From contig CAYOTK010000005.1 in NCBI GenBank assembly GCA_964406895.1, forward strand, positions 7,484 through 71,483: a DNA stretch of 64,000 bases, read 5' to 3'. The stretch comes from an uncultured Candidatus Saccharibacteria bacterium (GTDB lineage: Bacteria > Patescibacteriota > Minisyncoccia > Phycocordibacterales > PALSA-1337). The translations under genes and the position numbers were made by a program. How positions within the stretch are numbered: the first letter of the stretch is position 1; every line of letters begins with the position of its first letter. The notes under the pieces were generated by a model. The model was not told the origin of the DNA. It searched no databases and saw only the letters and a program-made list of their open reading frames with translations. Below, piece after piece: positions 19,884 to 30,020 of this stretch.

Positions 19884-21745
19884 TTGTTTTTCTCAATAAC
19901 TTTCACAAGAATAAATCCATCGATATCAAATATTTTTACATATTTTCCAGCTTTTATCTTGTCTTTAATATCGTTTATAATTATATCTTTACTGTAATTT
20001 GTGGCCAGAATGTATCCGATATTGTTAGTCTTCGAAACAACATCAAAATATTTTTCAAAATTATCTTTTGTTGTTGCGTGTTCTGGATTGAGTTCATATA
20101 GCCTGTCTTTGGTGTCTGGCAAGAAATGGAGTAGGGCAAAATTGCTATATATTTTTTTATCGTCGTTATTGTCTGCAAAATATGAACTTATATTAGTGCT
20201 TAATTCTTTGTTGGATATAGTCTTTTTTTCTATATTGTATTTATTGAGTATTTTGCTATTCAAAAAAGGTCCCGAAATAAAAATCAAAAGAGCTATTAGG
20301 AGAAATAGTGGCCACAATTTCATTCTATCGATAAATGTCGCAGTTTTTTCAGAATTGATTATTGCGTGTATTGCAAATGATAAAGATATGCCTAGTAGCA
20401 CTACTCCGAAAGTTAAATTCCTGGAATCATAGCTTAAGAAAAGACTCCAGTATAAAGTGATAATAATAGCTGGAAGGGCAAACAAAAGCCCTGACAACCT
20501 TTTTTTGAATAACAAATAGATCGTTGATATGAAATACAAGATGATGATAAGGTAAGATTTTTTTATTGTATATATGAGAGCGTTGAATATAATAACTGCA
20601 TTAGAATTACCGCCGGCATGAATCAGAGCGTTAATGGTGGGGAGAACAGATGTTTCTTCGCCAAGATATATGGTGAATTCTTTGTATATATAGTATGGTC
20701 CAACTAATATTAGAATAAGAGAAATATATATGAATGTATATTTTAGGATTTTAGTTTTTATTGATTCGGATCTATGCAGATATACTAATATTGCTAATGG
20801 ATATATAAGAGCAATAAATATTCCTGTTTGTTTGGTGAGCAGTGCTGCAATGACTGATAGTGCTCCAGCTAATATTGTGATTTTTTCTTGGTTTCCTGAA
20901 AGTTTTTCTGTAAATAGTCGATACAAGAAGATAAGAGGTACAAGAGAAAAGAAACTTACTGCCGTATCGGCATAACCTTCAGTTGCCATTATTTCATAGC
21001 CGTTCATCAGTCTCAGTAATATGAATATTGTAAAAACTGAGAGAATAAATGCTGAATTTCTCGTTTTTATTCCCATTGAAAAAAGCATTGTGGCCATGAA
21101 TAATGGAAAGAGTGGCATAATCGCTTTTGCCAAGAATTCGCCGCTTTGCCCTAGCAGAACATAGAAGACCGACCAATTCATCGGTAATAATTGAGGATAT
21201 TCCCACGTGTCTGTTGGTAAAGTGTTTGACGCCCATTGTGTGGCCCAACGATTCCAAGAAAATATTGCGTCCGATAGATTGAATAATGTTCCTACATTCG
21301 AAATTAATAAATACAATAAATACGTGATTGTAAGAATAGATAGTAATACTACTAACGATTGATACGTCCTGCTTTTTTCTTCAAATAAATAATTTTTTAT
21401 TTGGTTAAATTTGAATTTCAAACGCATCTGTAGATAATCAACTACAGAAAACATATTCATGTTGAATATTTTATATATCGTATTTTTTTCAATATAAAAC
21501 AGTAACAATAATTCAATTGAAATAATTATTAATAGAACGTTTTGCGTATATGTGTGAAATAGGGTAAGAGGAAAAATTATTAGACTGTTGAATATCATAC
21601 TGAAGATGAAAGAAAAAATTAATCTCTCATCCAATTTGTGCCCAATTATTTTTATTAAGAAATGTGATATGAGCCAACCAGGAAGCAATGTGACCTGAAC
21701 AAGACCAAGAATGGCAAATATAGAAAATAATAAATTGTGTTGCAT
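19880..21745 (-). CDS. Multi-pass membrane protein, probable GT-C fold glycosyltransferase
   Basis: More than 10 hydrophobic segments; 'DAIFSW', 'YPQLLP', 'GYAD', 'TKQTG'; coupled to the GT2-GtrA gene. Confidence 0.6.
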   Translation of the reverse strand: MQHNLLFSIFAILGLVQVTLLPGWLISHFLIKIIGHKLDERLIFSFIFSMIFNSLIIFPLTLFHTYTQNVLLIIISIELLLLFYIEKNTIYKIFNMNMFSVVDYLQMRLKFKFNQIKNYLFEEKSRTYQSLVVLLSILTITYLLYLLISNVGTLFNLSDAIFSWNRWATQWASNTLPTDTWEYPQLLPMNWSVFYVLLGQSGEFLAKAIMPLFPLFMATMLFSMGIKTRNSAFILSVFTIFILLRLMNGYEIMATEGYADTAVSFFSLVPLIFLYRLFTEKLSGNQEKITILAGALSVIAALLTKQTGIFIALIYPLAILVYLHRSESIKTKILKYTFIYISLILILVGPYYIYKEFTIYLGEETSVLPTINALIHAGGNSNAVIIFNALIYTIKKSYLIIILYFISTIYLLFKKRLSGLLFALPAIIITLYWSLFLSYDSRNLTFGVVLLGISLSFAIHAIINSEKTATFIDRMKLWPLFLLIALLIFISGPFLNSKILNKYNIEKKTISNKELSTNISSYFADNNDDKKIYSNFALLHFLPDTKDRLYELNPEHATTKDNFEKYFDVVSKTNNIGYILATNYSKDIIINDIKDKIKAGKYVKIFDIDGFILVKVIEKNK

Positions 21746-21752
21746 GTTTTTA

Positions 21753-22577
21753 CTAAACTATATCAGCAAAATATCTTTCTACTTTCTTGAATAGATATAT
21801 ACCAATAAGCATTAGTACAAAACATGAGACAAATGAAATGCCGATAAGATTCCAATTTATTGCTGTAGTGCCGAGCAGAGCAGCGCGTGCGCTTTGTATT
21901 GCTCCCGTCATCGGATTCAAGGCGAGAATCCAAGAATACTTGTGTGCAATGCTTGCTGGATATATAACTGGAGTGACGAAAAGTAGCATTTGAATGAAGA
22001 ATGGTAATACGTACCTGACGTCACGGTATTTGACGTTTATGGCAGAAAGTATCAATCCTAGACCAACAGATGCCATGAATGAAATAGCGATTACAAGAGG
22101 AATAACTAATAGACTCTCGATTTTCGGTGTGAAGCCATAATATATCATCATTACAACCAGTATTGATGCTGAGATAATAAAATCTACAAGCTTTGTGGTA
22201 ACTGAAGATAATGGCAATATGAGCCTAGGGAAATATACTTTTGTGATGATAGATTGGTTGGTGATAAGACAATTACTAATATCAACTAATGCCGTAGAGA
22301 AAAATTGCCAGAATAATAAGCCAGCATAAACAAATATAGGATATGGAACATTATCAGATGGTACATGTATTAGATTGCTGAAGAATATAGTGAACACAAA
22401 CATTGTTATGAAGGGTTGAAATATAGCCCACAAGACACCGATTAATGTTTGTTTGTATCGCACCTTAAGATCTCTCCAGGTGAAGAAATACAATAATTCT
22501 TTGAACTGCCATAATTCTTTCAGGTCTGAAAAATGAAATATCTTTTTGGGCCTGATAACTATTGTTTGATTTGACAT
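21753..22577 (-). CDS. wzm: Polysaccharide ABC exporter permease
   Basis: 'RDLKVRYKQTLIGVLWAIFQP', 'KVYFPR', 'TPVIYP', 'LNPM'; start taken at MSNQ. Confidence 0.92.
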   Translation of the reverse strand: MSNQTIVIRPKKIFHFSDLKELWQFKELLYFFTWRDLKVRYKQTLIGVLWAIFQPFITMFVFTIFFSNLIHVPSDNVPYPIFVYAGLLFWQFFSTALVDISNCLITNQSIITKVYFPRLILPLSSVTTKLVDFIISASILVVMMIYYGFTPKIESLLVIPLVIAISFMASVGLGLILSAINVKYRDVRYVLPFFIQMLLFVTPVIYPASIAHKYSWILALNPMTGAIQSARAALLGTTAINWNLIGISFVSCFVLMLIGIYLFKKVERYFADIV

Positions 22578-22587
22578 AAAATCTATA

Positions 22588-23229
22588 CTAACACGGTTTT
22601 GAACAGATAAAAACAAGGTCAAAAGAGAACATTCCTGGCATGAATTTGTCAAAATACGCGAATCTTCCGAGCGGCTCTATTGTCACTTCTTTGAAATATT
22701 TGTGAAGGACTTGTTTGAGCTCTTTGTGGCTGAAGTGGTTTATGTGTGTTGGGTCATGAAGGGGAGTTTTGTCTTTTTTTCCTAAGAATAATCTTATGCG
22801 ATTTATCAAGCTAAAAGCATTTGGTACAGATCCTATAAGCATTCCTTCTTTATTAAGTACAGATTTTATTTTTTGAATGACTTTTTCAGGATAATATATG
22901 TGTTCTAGTGTCTCAGCAATTACTACGACATCATACTTATTTTGAGAAATCTGCTCCCACTCGCCATTTATATCGAAGTGTAAAGGTTTTATACCTCTCT
23001 TGCTTGCTTTATCAAGTGCGATGGTATCTATGTCGGCACCAGTTACATCGTTATTTTTTACGAAGAATGATGTGAGAGCGCCGTCTCTACATCCAAGATC
23101 AAGTATTTTTTTACCAGTTCCAATATTCTTGGCAAATAATCTACCTCTGTCTTCCTTCAATATGCTGAAACCTTCTCCTCTACAATTGTTATTATGAAAT
23201 TCGTATATGTTTTGTCCTGATTTATTCAT
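22588..23229 (-). CDS. Class I SAM-dependent methyltransferase
   Basis: 'ILDLGCRDG', 'ETLEHI', 'SVPN'. Confidence 0.85.
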   Translation of the reverse strand: MNKSGQNIYEFHNNNCRGEGFSILKEDRGRLFAKNIGTGKKILDLGCRDGALTSFFVKNNDVTGADIDTIALDKASKRGIKPLHFDINGEWEQISQNKYDVVVIAETLEHIYYPEKVIQKIKSVLNKEGMLIGSVPNAFSLINRIRLFLGKKDKTPLHDPTHINHFSHKELKQVLHKYFKEVTIEPLGRFAYFDKFMPGMFSFDLVFICSKPC

Positions 23230-23333
23230 GCCACAATATTATCATATAATTAACTTTGAGTTTATGTTTGTGTATACCCCCTTGGATTTTGTATATACAT
23301 AATATATACTGAAAAATCATAATTAATAAAAAC

Positions 23334-25568
23334 ATGAATTTAAAAACAATAGTTCGTAGTATTTCAATAAGTGCAATATTCCTCATCCCATTCTTCGCAA
23401 TCTTGGCTCCAAGTGGGGCAGCTCACCCAATATTTCCGTCGAACCTTATAAACGACTTATTCTTTCCATTTATCACAGGGAAAGCCTTTTATTTCAGGAT
23501 TTTGACTGAAATTGCTTTTGCTGGATGGATTATTTTGGCCTTTTTGGATCCAAAATACAGACCTAAATGCACACCTGTATCCATAACCATTACTATTTTT
23601 GCCTTTGTTGTTTTGTTATCAGACCTATTGGGCGTCAATCCTATAAGAAGCATGTGGTCAAACTTCGAACGTATGGAAGGTTGGGTTACCATCATACACC
23701 TATGGGCTTTGTTTATGGCAATGGTCAACGTATTTGGCACAGGAGAATCTGGTCGAAGGATGTGGCAACGATATATGAATACACATCTAGTTGTCGCTGG
23801 TATCGTAGCTATTTACGCTTTTGTACAGCTTTTGGGTGGCGCTCAAATTCACCAAGGTTCTCGTATCGACGCTTCTCTCGGAAACGCGGCTTACCTAGCT
23901 GTCTACATGCTTTTCCAGACTTTCATTTCAGCTTATATGTTCTTTGTAGCAAAAAACAAGAAAATATCAGGATCAGAAATACTGGTTTGGGTTTACGGCA
24001 TATCGTTCTTTGTGTTTGGTTATTTGCTTGTTGAAACAGCAACAAGAGGTACTATACTTGGTCTTATTGGTGGAGTTTTGCTCGCCCTCGCCCTTTATGC
24101 AATATTCGGTGGGAAGAAGAAAGAAGACAAAAAGTGGCGTTGGATTTCATTAGGAATTATTGTGTTTATCATGGTTGTAGGCATTTTATTCTGGGTCAAT
24201 AGAGATGCAAAATTCATACAGAATCACGAAGCACTTCGTCGTATGGCATCGATATCAATTTCCGAGAATAAAACTCAAGCTCGTGCATATATCTGGCCAG
24301 CAGCTGTGAAGGGGGCAATGGAAAGACCGCTATTTGGTTGGGGCCAAGATAATTTCAATTATATTTTCAACTCCAACTACAACCCAAAGATGTGGGCTCA
24401 AGAGCAATGGTTCGATAGGGCGCACAGCGTATTTCTCGATTGGTTGGTTTCTTCGGGTCTAGTTGGCATAATCGTATATTTGGCATTGTATGTAATGGCC
24501 ATTATTGTTATTTGGAAATCGACGTTTTCTGTTGCAGAAAAAAGCACTCTCACGGGTTTGATTGTGGGCTATGCAATACACAATATATTCGTGTTCGACA
24601 ACCTCGCTAGTTACATTTTATTCTTTAGTTTCCTCGGCTTTGTTTCTTCGAATTATCAGAATGGCAAAGATACGAATACAAAAGGTCTACGAGAATTCAA
24701 AAATGAAACCGTTGAATATGTTGTGGCTCCGCTTGTTCTCGTGCTTCTTATAGTCACTATATATATGGTCAATGTGAGAGTTATTCAGGCCAACACTACT
24801 CTTATCAAGGCTCTTGTTACATGTCAGTCGGGTAAAACAGATTCTACTCCGGTCTTCGAGAAGGCATTGAGTTATGATATGTATGTAGCAAATCAAGAAA
24901 TACGTGAACAACTCATAACATGTGCACAAAATACCATACTTTCGAATGCTACTTCTGGTCCTATGAAACAGTCTATATTCTTGCTTACTGATGCTCAGAT
25001 TCAGAAACAAATCGAAGCTACTCCGAAAGATGCGAGAATATACAACTTGGCAGGTAATCTTATGAATTCAATCCAGAATGGCGAAAAGGCTCTAGAATAT
25101 CTGAAAATTGCAAATGAACTATTCCCGAATAAGCCTGCTATTTTGATCAGTTTGGCGGAGGCTTATTTGAGGACCAATAACAAAGATAAGGCAATCGAAA
25201 CTATCAAGGCCGCTTATGAACTGTCGACGGACAATTACAATGCGAGAGATGCTTATGCGCGTGCTCTGGTAATTATGGGTAGAGAAAAGGAAGCAATAGA
25301 TAGATTCAAGGCCAATCCAGAAATATTCGATACACAAGGCTTTGCTCAGTTGTATGTTTCGCTTAAACAATACGACAAAGCAATTGATATTGCGAAGAAA
25401 CTCATAAATAGCGATCCTAAGAAAATAGAATACAAGGTCATGCTTGCCGATATACAAAATGCCGCTGGGTATAAATGGGAAGCTGTGCAGACACTAAAAG
25501 GCATAGCTAATGATTTCCCTGAATACAAGACTCAAGTAGATCAAGCGATCAAACAGATTCAGAAATAG
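23334..25568 (+). CDS. O-antigen ligase/oligosaccharyltransferase-like membrane protein with C-terminal TPR repeats
   Basis: 'SLGNAAY', 'TATRG', 'RPLFGWG.DNF', 'DRAHS'; helical TPR-like tail. Confidence 0.85.
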   Translation: MNLKTIVRSISISAIFLIPFFAILAPSGAAHPIFPSNLINDLFFPFITGKAFYFRILTEIAFAGWIILAFLDPKYRPKCTPVSITITIFAFVVLLSDLLGVNPIRSMWSNFERMEGWVTIIHLWALFMAMVNVFGTGESGRRMWQRYMNTHLVVAGIVAIYAFVQLLGGAQIHQGSRIDASLGNAAYLAVYMLFQTFISAYMFFVAKNKKISGSEILVWVYGISFFVFGYLLVETATRGTILGLIGGVLLALALYAIFGGKKKEDKKWRWISLGIIVFIMVVGILFWVNRDAKFIQNHEALRRMASISISENKTQARAYIWPAAVKGAMERPLFGWGQDNFNYIFNSNYNPKMWAQEQWFDRAHSVFLDWLVSSGLVGIIVYLALYVMAIIVIWKSTFSVAEKSTLTGLIVGYAIHNIFVFDNLASYILFFSFLGFVSSNYQNGKDTNTKGLREFKNETVEYVVAPLVLVLLIVTIYMVNVRVIQANTTLIKALVTCQSGKTDSTPVFEKALSYDMYVANQEIREQLITCAQNTILSNATSGPMKQSIFLLTDAQIQKQIEATPKDARIYNLAGNLMNSIQNGEKALEYLKIANELFPNKPAILISLAEAYLRTNNKDKAIETIKAAYELSTDNYNARDAYARALVIMGREKEAIDRFKANPEIFDTQGFAQLYVSLKQYDKAIDIAKKLINSDPKKIEYKVMLADIQNAAGYKWEAVQTLKGIANDFPEYKTQVDQAIKQIQK

Positions 25569-25580
25569 TTTTGAAAGAAT

Positions 25581-25765
25581 TCTTGTGCCAAATGATGGTG
25601 AGCGGGTGTGAGCTCCAAATAAAATGTCTAGTTTTATGAGTACAGCCGCCCACCGTCATTTGGAGCAATCCAAGATTTATTATAACACACATTATATAAC
25701 GCAAAAGGCCGCCGAGGGCGGTCCTTTGCGAGACATTATATTGGAGAGTGCCCACTTGGGTACTC
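25581..25765. other. Structured intergenic element: ~95-nt imperfect rod hairpin plus two smaller hairpins
   Basis: CCAAATGATGGTG/CACCGTCATTTGG stem with nested GCGG/CCGC, CTC/GAG and ATAAAA/TTTTAT; hairpins at 25700-25730 and 25746-25765. Confidence 0.55.
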
Positions 25766-25819
25766 ATGGCGCAACTATAGCATATAAGGCTATAATATGC
25801 AAGTATAAGTGTGCATAAA

Positions 25820-26836
25820 ATGCAAATACAAGAAAATGTAAATTTGGCTCAATATACAACTTTCAAAATCGGCGGACCGGCCAAGTTTTTTTGTGCTGTT
25901 AAAAATAAAAAAGATATTATCGATGCAGTTGATTTTGCCAAGAATAAAAATTTGAAAATAATGCCTTTGGGTGGAGGTTCCAATATATTGGTTTCTGACA
26001 ATGGTTTTGATGGTTTGATTGTTAAGAATGAAATTATGGGTATTGATATAAAAGAAGAAAAGGATATTGTCATAATTTCTGCCGGAGCTGGAGAGCTTTG
26101 GGATGATCTCGTTTTGTTTGCTGTCAAAAGGAATTTGAGTGGTTTGGAAAATCTTTCTGCTATTCCCGGAACAGTTGGGGCAGCGCCCGTACAAAACATT
26201 GGTGCATATGGTGCTGAGGTTGGTCAAACAGTTCACAAGGTTTTCGCTTATGATTGTGATAAAAGTGAATTTGTAGAACTAAACAATCGACAGTGCAACT
26301 TCGGTTATAGAAACAGTGTTTTTAAATACAATAAACATCGATATATTATCGTTATGGTTCAATTTACGTTGAAATGTAATGCTAAAACCAATATTTCTTA
26401 CAAAGATTTAAAACACTATTTCGTCGATAGGACTGATTCACCAAGTTGTATGGAGGTTCGTAATGCTGTTATTCATATTCGTGAGAATAAATTGCCAGAT
26501 TGGAAGAAGTGGGGTACTGCGGGTTCATTTTTCAAAAACCCAATTATAAGTAAAGAAAAATTCCAAGAACTCAAAAAACAATATCCAGATTTACCAGGTT
26601 TCGAAGAGTCTAGTGGATATGTGAAAGTTTCGCTTGGTTGGATATTAGATAAGATTTGTAATGCAAAGGGCTTGAAATATGAGAGAGCTAGCACTTATGA
26701 CAAGCAGGCACTTGTTATTGTCTCAGAAATGGGTGCAAAAGCCGATGAGGTTGTGGGTCTTTCTTTGAAGCTAATAAATCAAGTCAAAGAAAAGACAGGA
26801 ATTATAATTGAATCAGAGGTTGAGTGGGTGGCTTAA
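25820..26836 (+). CDS. murB: UDP-N-acetylenolpyruvoylglucosamine reductase
   Basis: 'TTFKIGGPA', 'GGGSNIL', 'IPGTVGAAPVQNIGAYG', 'AGSFFKNP'. Confidence 0.96.
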   Translation: MQIQENVNLAQYTTFKIGGPAKFFCAVKNKKDIIDAVDFAKNKNLKIMPLGGGSNILVSDNGFDGLIVKNEIMGIDIKEEKDIVIISAGAGELWDDLVLFAVKRNLSGLENLSAIPGTVGAAPVQNIGAYGAEVGQTVHKVFAYDCDKSEFVELNNRQCNFGYRNSVFKYNKHRYIIVMVQFTLKCNAKTNISYKDLKHYFVDRTDSPSCMEVRNAVIHIRENKLPDWKKWGTAGSFFKNPIISKEKFQELKKQYPDLPGFEESSGYVKVSLGWILDKICNAKGLKYERASTYDKQALVIVSEMGAKADEVVGLSLKLINQVKEKTGIIIESEVEWVA

Positions 26837-26869
26837 ATTATCTCTATAATATGCTATAGTAGGTCTTAT

Positions 26870-29506
26870 ATGTCATTTTGGGACAAAATAAGAGGCGTTT
26901 CGCCAACGAAAAATATCAAACAATTCGAGCCAAATGTTCAATTGGTCAATTCTTTCGAAGTATCAATCAAAAAACTTTCAGATGAAGAGCTGAAGAACAA
27001 AACTCTTGAATTTCGAAAAAAGCTTGGATTTCAAGATAAACAAGAATTCAGTGTAGATTTGACTGTTGAGGAAAAAATAAAGCAACACGAAAAAGAACAG
27101 AAGATTCTGAAGGAGATTTTACCGGAAGCTTTTGCGGTCGTTAGAGAAGCGGCAAGAAGGACATTGGGACAAAGGCATTTCGATGTGCAATTGATCGGAG
27201 GCATGATACTGAATTCAGGCGCTATTGCTGAAATGAGAACAGGAGAAGGTAAGACTCTCGTCGCAACTTTGCCTGCTTATCTCAACGCTCTATCTGGAAA
27301 AGGCGTTCACGTTGTAACCGTAAATGATTATCTTTCTCGTCGTGATGCGGTTTGGATGGGTCAAATATATAATGCTCTAGGTTTGTCTGTTTCCGTCATA
27401 AATCATGAATCAAGTTTCTTGTATGATCCAACTCACAAAGAGTCCAAAGATACAAATACTGATGACAAATTAGACAAAGAACGAGATGAAACGGGCGCCT
27501 TCAAGGTTGTCCATGAATTCCTACGACCATGCACTAGAACAGAAGCTTATGCGGCAGATATTACTTATGGTACAAACAACGAATTTGGTTTCGATTATTT
27601 GCGAGATAATCTCGAATACAGCAGGGATCGTTTGAGACAAAGACCATTCAATTTTGCCATAGTAGACGAAATAGACTCAATACTTATTGATGAAGCCAGG
27701 ACACCACTTATTATTTCTGCACCAACTAGAGATGCAGAAAACATATATAGACAATTCGCCAGCCTTGTATCTAGTTTTGTCGAAAACGAAGATTATACAG
27801 TCGAGGAAAAACACAAAGCAATACAACTCACAGAATCCGGTATTAATAAAGCAGAAAAATATCTCGGTGTAGATAATATTTATACCGATAAAGGAGTAAA
27901 ATATGTCCATCATCTCGAAACAGCAGTAAGAGCGAAAGCCATATTCCATAAAGATAAAGAATATGTTGTTAGAGATGGAGAAGTTATGATCGTTGATGAA
28001 TTCACTGGTAGATTGCAACCCGGTAGACGTTGGTCAGAAGGTTTGCACCAAGCAATAGAAGCCAAAGAAGGTGTCAAAATTCAACAAGAATCACGAACAT
28101 ATGCATCTATCACCTTTCAGAATTTCTTCAGGATGTATCCGAAATTATCCGGTATGACGGGTACAGCAGCTACATCATCTGAGGAGTTTTTCAAGGTTTA
28201 TGGTTTGGAAGTTTATACGGTACCAACGAATGTTAAAGCAGTAAGAATTGACCAGAATGATCAAATATTCAGAACAGAAATAGGTAAATTCAAAGCCATA
28301 TCAAGGAAAGTAAAAGAAGTCCATGCAAAAGGTCAGCCAGTTCTTATCGGTACAGTTTCTATAGAGAAGAACCAATTACTATCAGAATTCTTGCGCGCAG
28401 AAGGAGTACCACATACACTTTTGAATGCAAAGCCAGAATTTGCCGAAAAAGAAGGCGAGATAGTAGCTCAGGCGGGCAAGAAGGGTGCGGTCACTATAGC
28501 TACAAACATGGCAGGAAGAGGTGTTGATATCAAACTCGGTGGTAATCCAAACACAAAAGATAGTTATGATGAGATCAAGAGTCTCGGTGGTTTATTTGTT
28601 TTGGGAACAGAAAGACACGAAGCAAGACGAATAGACAACCAGTTAAGAGGTCGTTCGGGTCGTCAGGGTGATCCTGGAGAAACACAGTTTTTTGTTTCTT
28701 TGGAAGATTCACTTATGAGAGTTTTTGCTTCCGATACCATAAAATCTATGATGGGTCGTCTCAATTTGCCAGAAGATCAAGCAATTGAACATAAAATCAT
28801 TTCCAAAGCTTTAGAAACAGCCCAAGAAAAAATAGAGGGTTTCAATTTCGATTCTCGTAAACATATTCTAGAATTTGACGACGTTATAAATAATCAGCGT
28901 CGATCAGTATACGATAGGAGAAGGAAACTGCTTCTTGGCTCGATTGATGATATAGAAAATGAGCTTTTCGATATGCTAGGACTCGGTAATTTACAATTGT
29001 CAGAAAAAGTTATTGTATCTGAAGATGCGGGAAACGATAATGTACAAGATATTCTCGCGAAGAAAATGAAAGAATTTGGTCGTGAATCATTCATGTCAGC
29101 CATGAGAATAGTTCTTCTACAGACTATTGATATGTACTGGGTAGAACATTTGGAAGTTATGGATTATACACGCTCAAGCGTCAATTTGAGAGCTTATGGT
29201 CAGAGAGATCCTTTGGTTGAATATAAGAAAGAAGGTTTGAGATTATTCAAGGAAATGAATGCTGCTATAAGAGGTCAGATCGAGAGATTGTTGCCAAATG
29301 TTGTGCCTACGGTAGATGGTATTCCTGTTGATCAAACCAAAAATAATGATACAAGTGAGCTCCAAGAAATTCATGAAAATGCAGTTACTATTGGTAAGGG
29401 TAGTGACAATAATTCAGGTACAATAAAAAAAGAAGAAACTGTCGGCAGGAATGATCCTTGTCCTTGTGGTAGTGGTAAAAAGTACAAGAAATGCCACGGG
29501 AAGTAA
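26870..29506 (+). CDS. secA: Preprotein translocase subunit SecA
   Basis: 'MRTGEGKT', 'DEIDSILIDEARTPLIIS', 'QLRGRSGRQGDPG'; SEC-C motif 'GRNDPCPCGSGKKYKKCHG'. Confidence 0.98.
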   Translation: MSFWDKIRGVSPTKNIKQFEPNVQLVNSFEVSIKKLSDEELKNKTLEFRKKLGFQDKQEFSVDLTVEEKIKQHEKEQKILKEILPEAFAVVREAARRTLGQRHFDVQLIGGMILNSGAIAEMRTGEGKTLVATLPAYLNALSGKGVHVVTVNDYLSRRDAVWMGQIYNALGLSVSVINHESSFLYDPTHKESKDTNTDDKLDKERDETGAFKVVHEFLRPCTRTEAYAADITYGTNNEFGFDYLRDNLEYSRDRLRQRPFNFAIVDEIDSILIDEARTPLIISAPTRDAENIYRQFASLVSSFVENEDYTVEEKHKAIQLTESGINKAEKYLGVDNIYTDKGVKYVHHLETAVRAKAIFHKDKEYVVRDGEVMIVDEFTGRLQPGRRWSEGLHQAIEAKEGVKIQQESRTYASITFQNFFRMYPKLSGMTGTAATSSEEFFKVYGLEVYTVPTNVKAVRIDQNDQIFRTEIGKFKAISRKVKEVHAKGQPVLIGTVSIEKNQLLSEFLRAEGVPHTLLNAKPEFAEKEGEIVAQAGKKGAVTIATNMAGRGVDIKLGGNPNTKDSYDEIKSLGGLFVLGTERHEARRIDNQLRGRSGRQGDPGETQFFVSLEDSLMRVFASDTIKSMMGRLNLPEDQAIEHKIISKALETAQEKIEGFNFDSRKHILEFDDVINNQRRSVYDRRRKLLLGSIDDIENELFDMLGLGNLQLSEKVIVSEDAGNDNVQDILAKKMKEFGRESFMSAMRIVLLQTIDMYWVEHLEVMDYTRSSVNLRAYGQRDPLVEYKKEGLRLFKEMNAAIRGQIERLLPNVVPTVDGIPVDQTKNNDTSELQEIHENAVTIGKGSDNNSGTIKKEETVGRNDPCPCGSGKKYKKCHGK

Positions 29507-29509
29507 TTT

Positions 29510-29998
29510 ATGAAAAAGTTTATATTTAAACCGAAACCAGGGCAGACTGATTTTACAAATGTGCGCTGGGCACCTGTTATCAATTGTGTTTTAAAATACA
29601 AAGATAGGATTCTAGTAGTACAAAGAAGTGAAAAACTCAATTTTTATCCAGGTTATTGGAATGGAATATCGGGGTTTTTAGATGATCAAAGAGATTTGAT
29701 AGAGAAGGTTTCAGATGAATTGAATGAAGAGTTGGGAATACCGAAAACCAAGATCAAAAAAATTAGATTAGGAGAAATTTTCGATCAGAATGAACCAAAA
29801 TACAAGAAAACATGGATTGTCCATCCTGTATTAGTAAATGTTTCAACCGATAAAGTCACAATAGATTGGGAAGCAAAGAACTATAGATGGCTTACATTAA
29901 GAGAAATTCGAAAATTGAAACTTCTTCCTGGTTTCGATAAGGTAATAAAACACCTGTCATCAATGATGAATAATAAAGGTAAACGTGATTGCAAATAG
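29510..29998 (+). CDS. NUDIX hydrolase
   Basis: 'YPGYWNGISG...ELNEELGI', 'DWEA'. Confidence 0.8.
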   Translation: MKKFIFKPKPGQTDFTNVRWAPVINCVLKYKDRILVVQRSEKLNFYPGYWNGISGFLDDQRDLIEKVSDELNEELGIPKTKIKKIRLGEIFDQNEPKYKKTWIVHPVLVNVSTDKVTIDWEAKNYRWLTLREIRKLKLLPGFDKVIKHLSSMMNNKGKRDCK

Positions 29999-30020
29999 AA
30001 AAGTGTGTTAAAATAATTAC

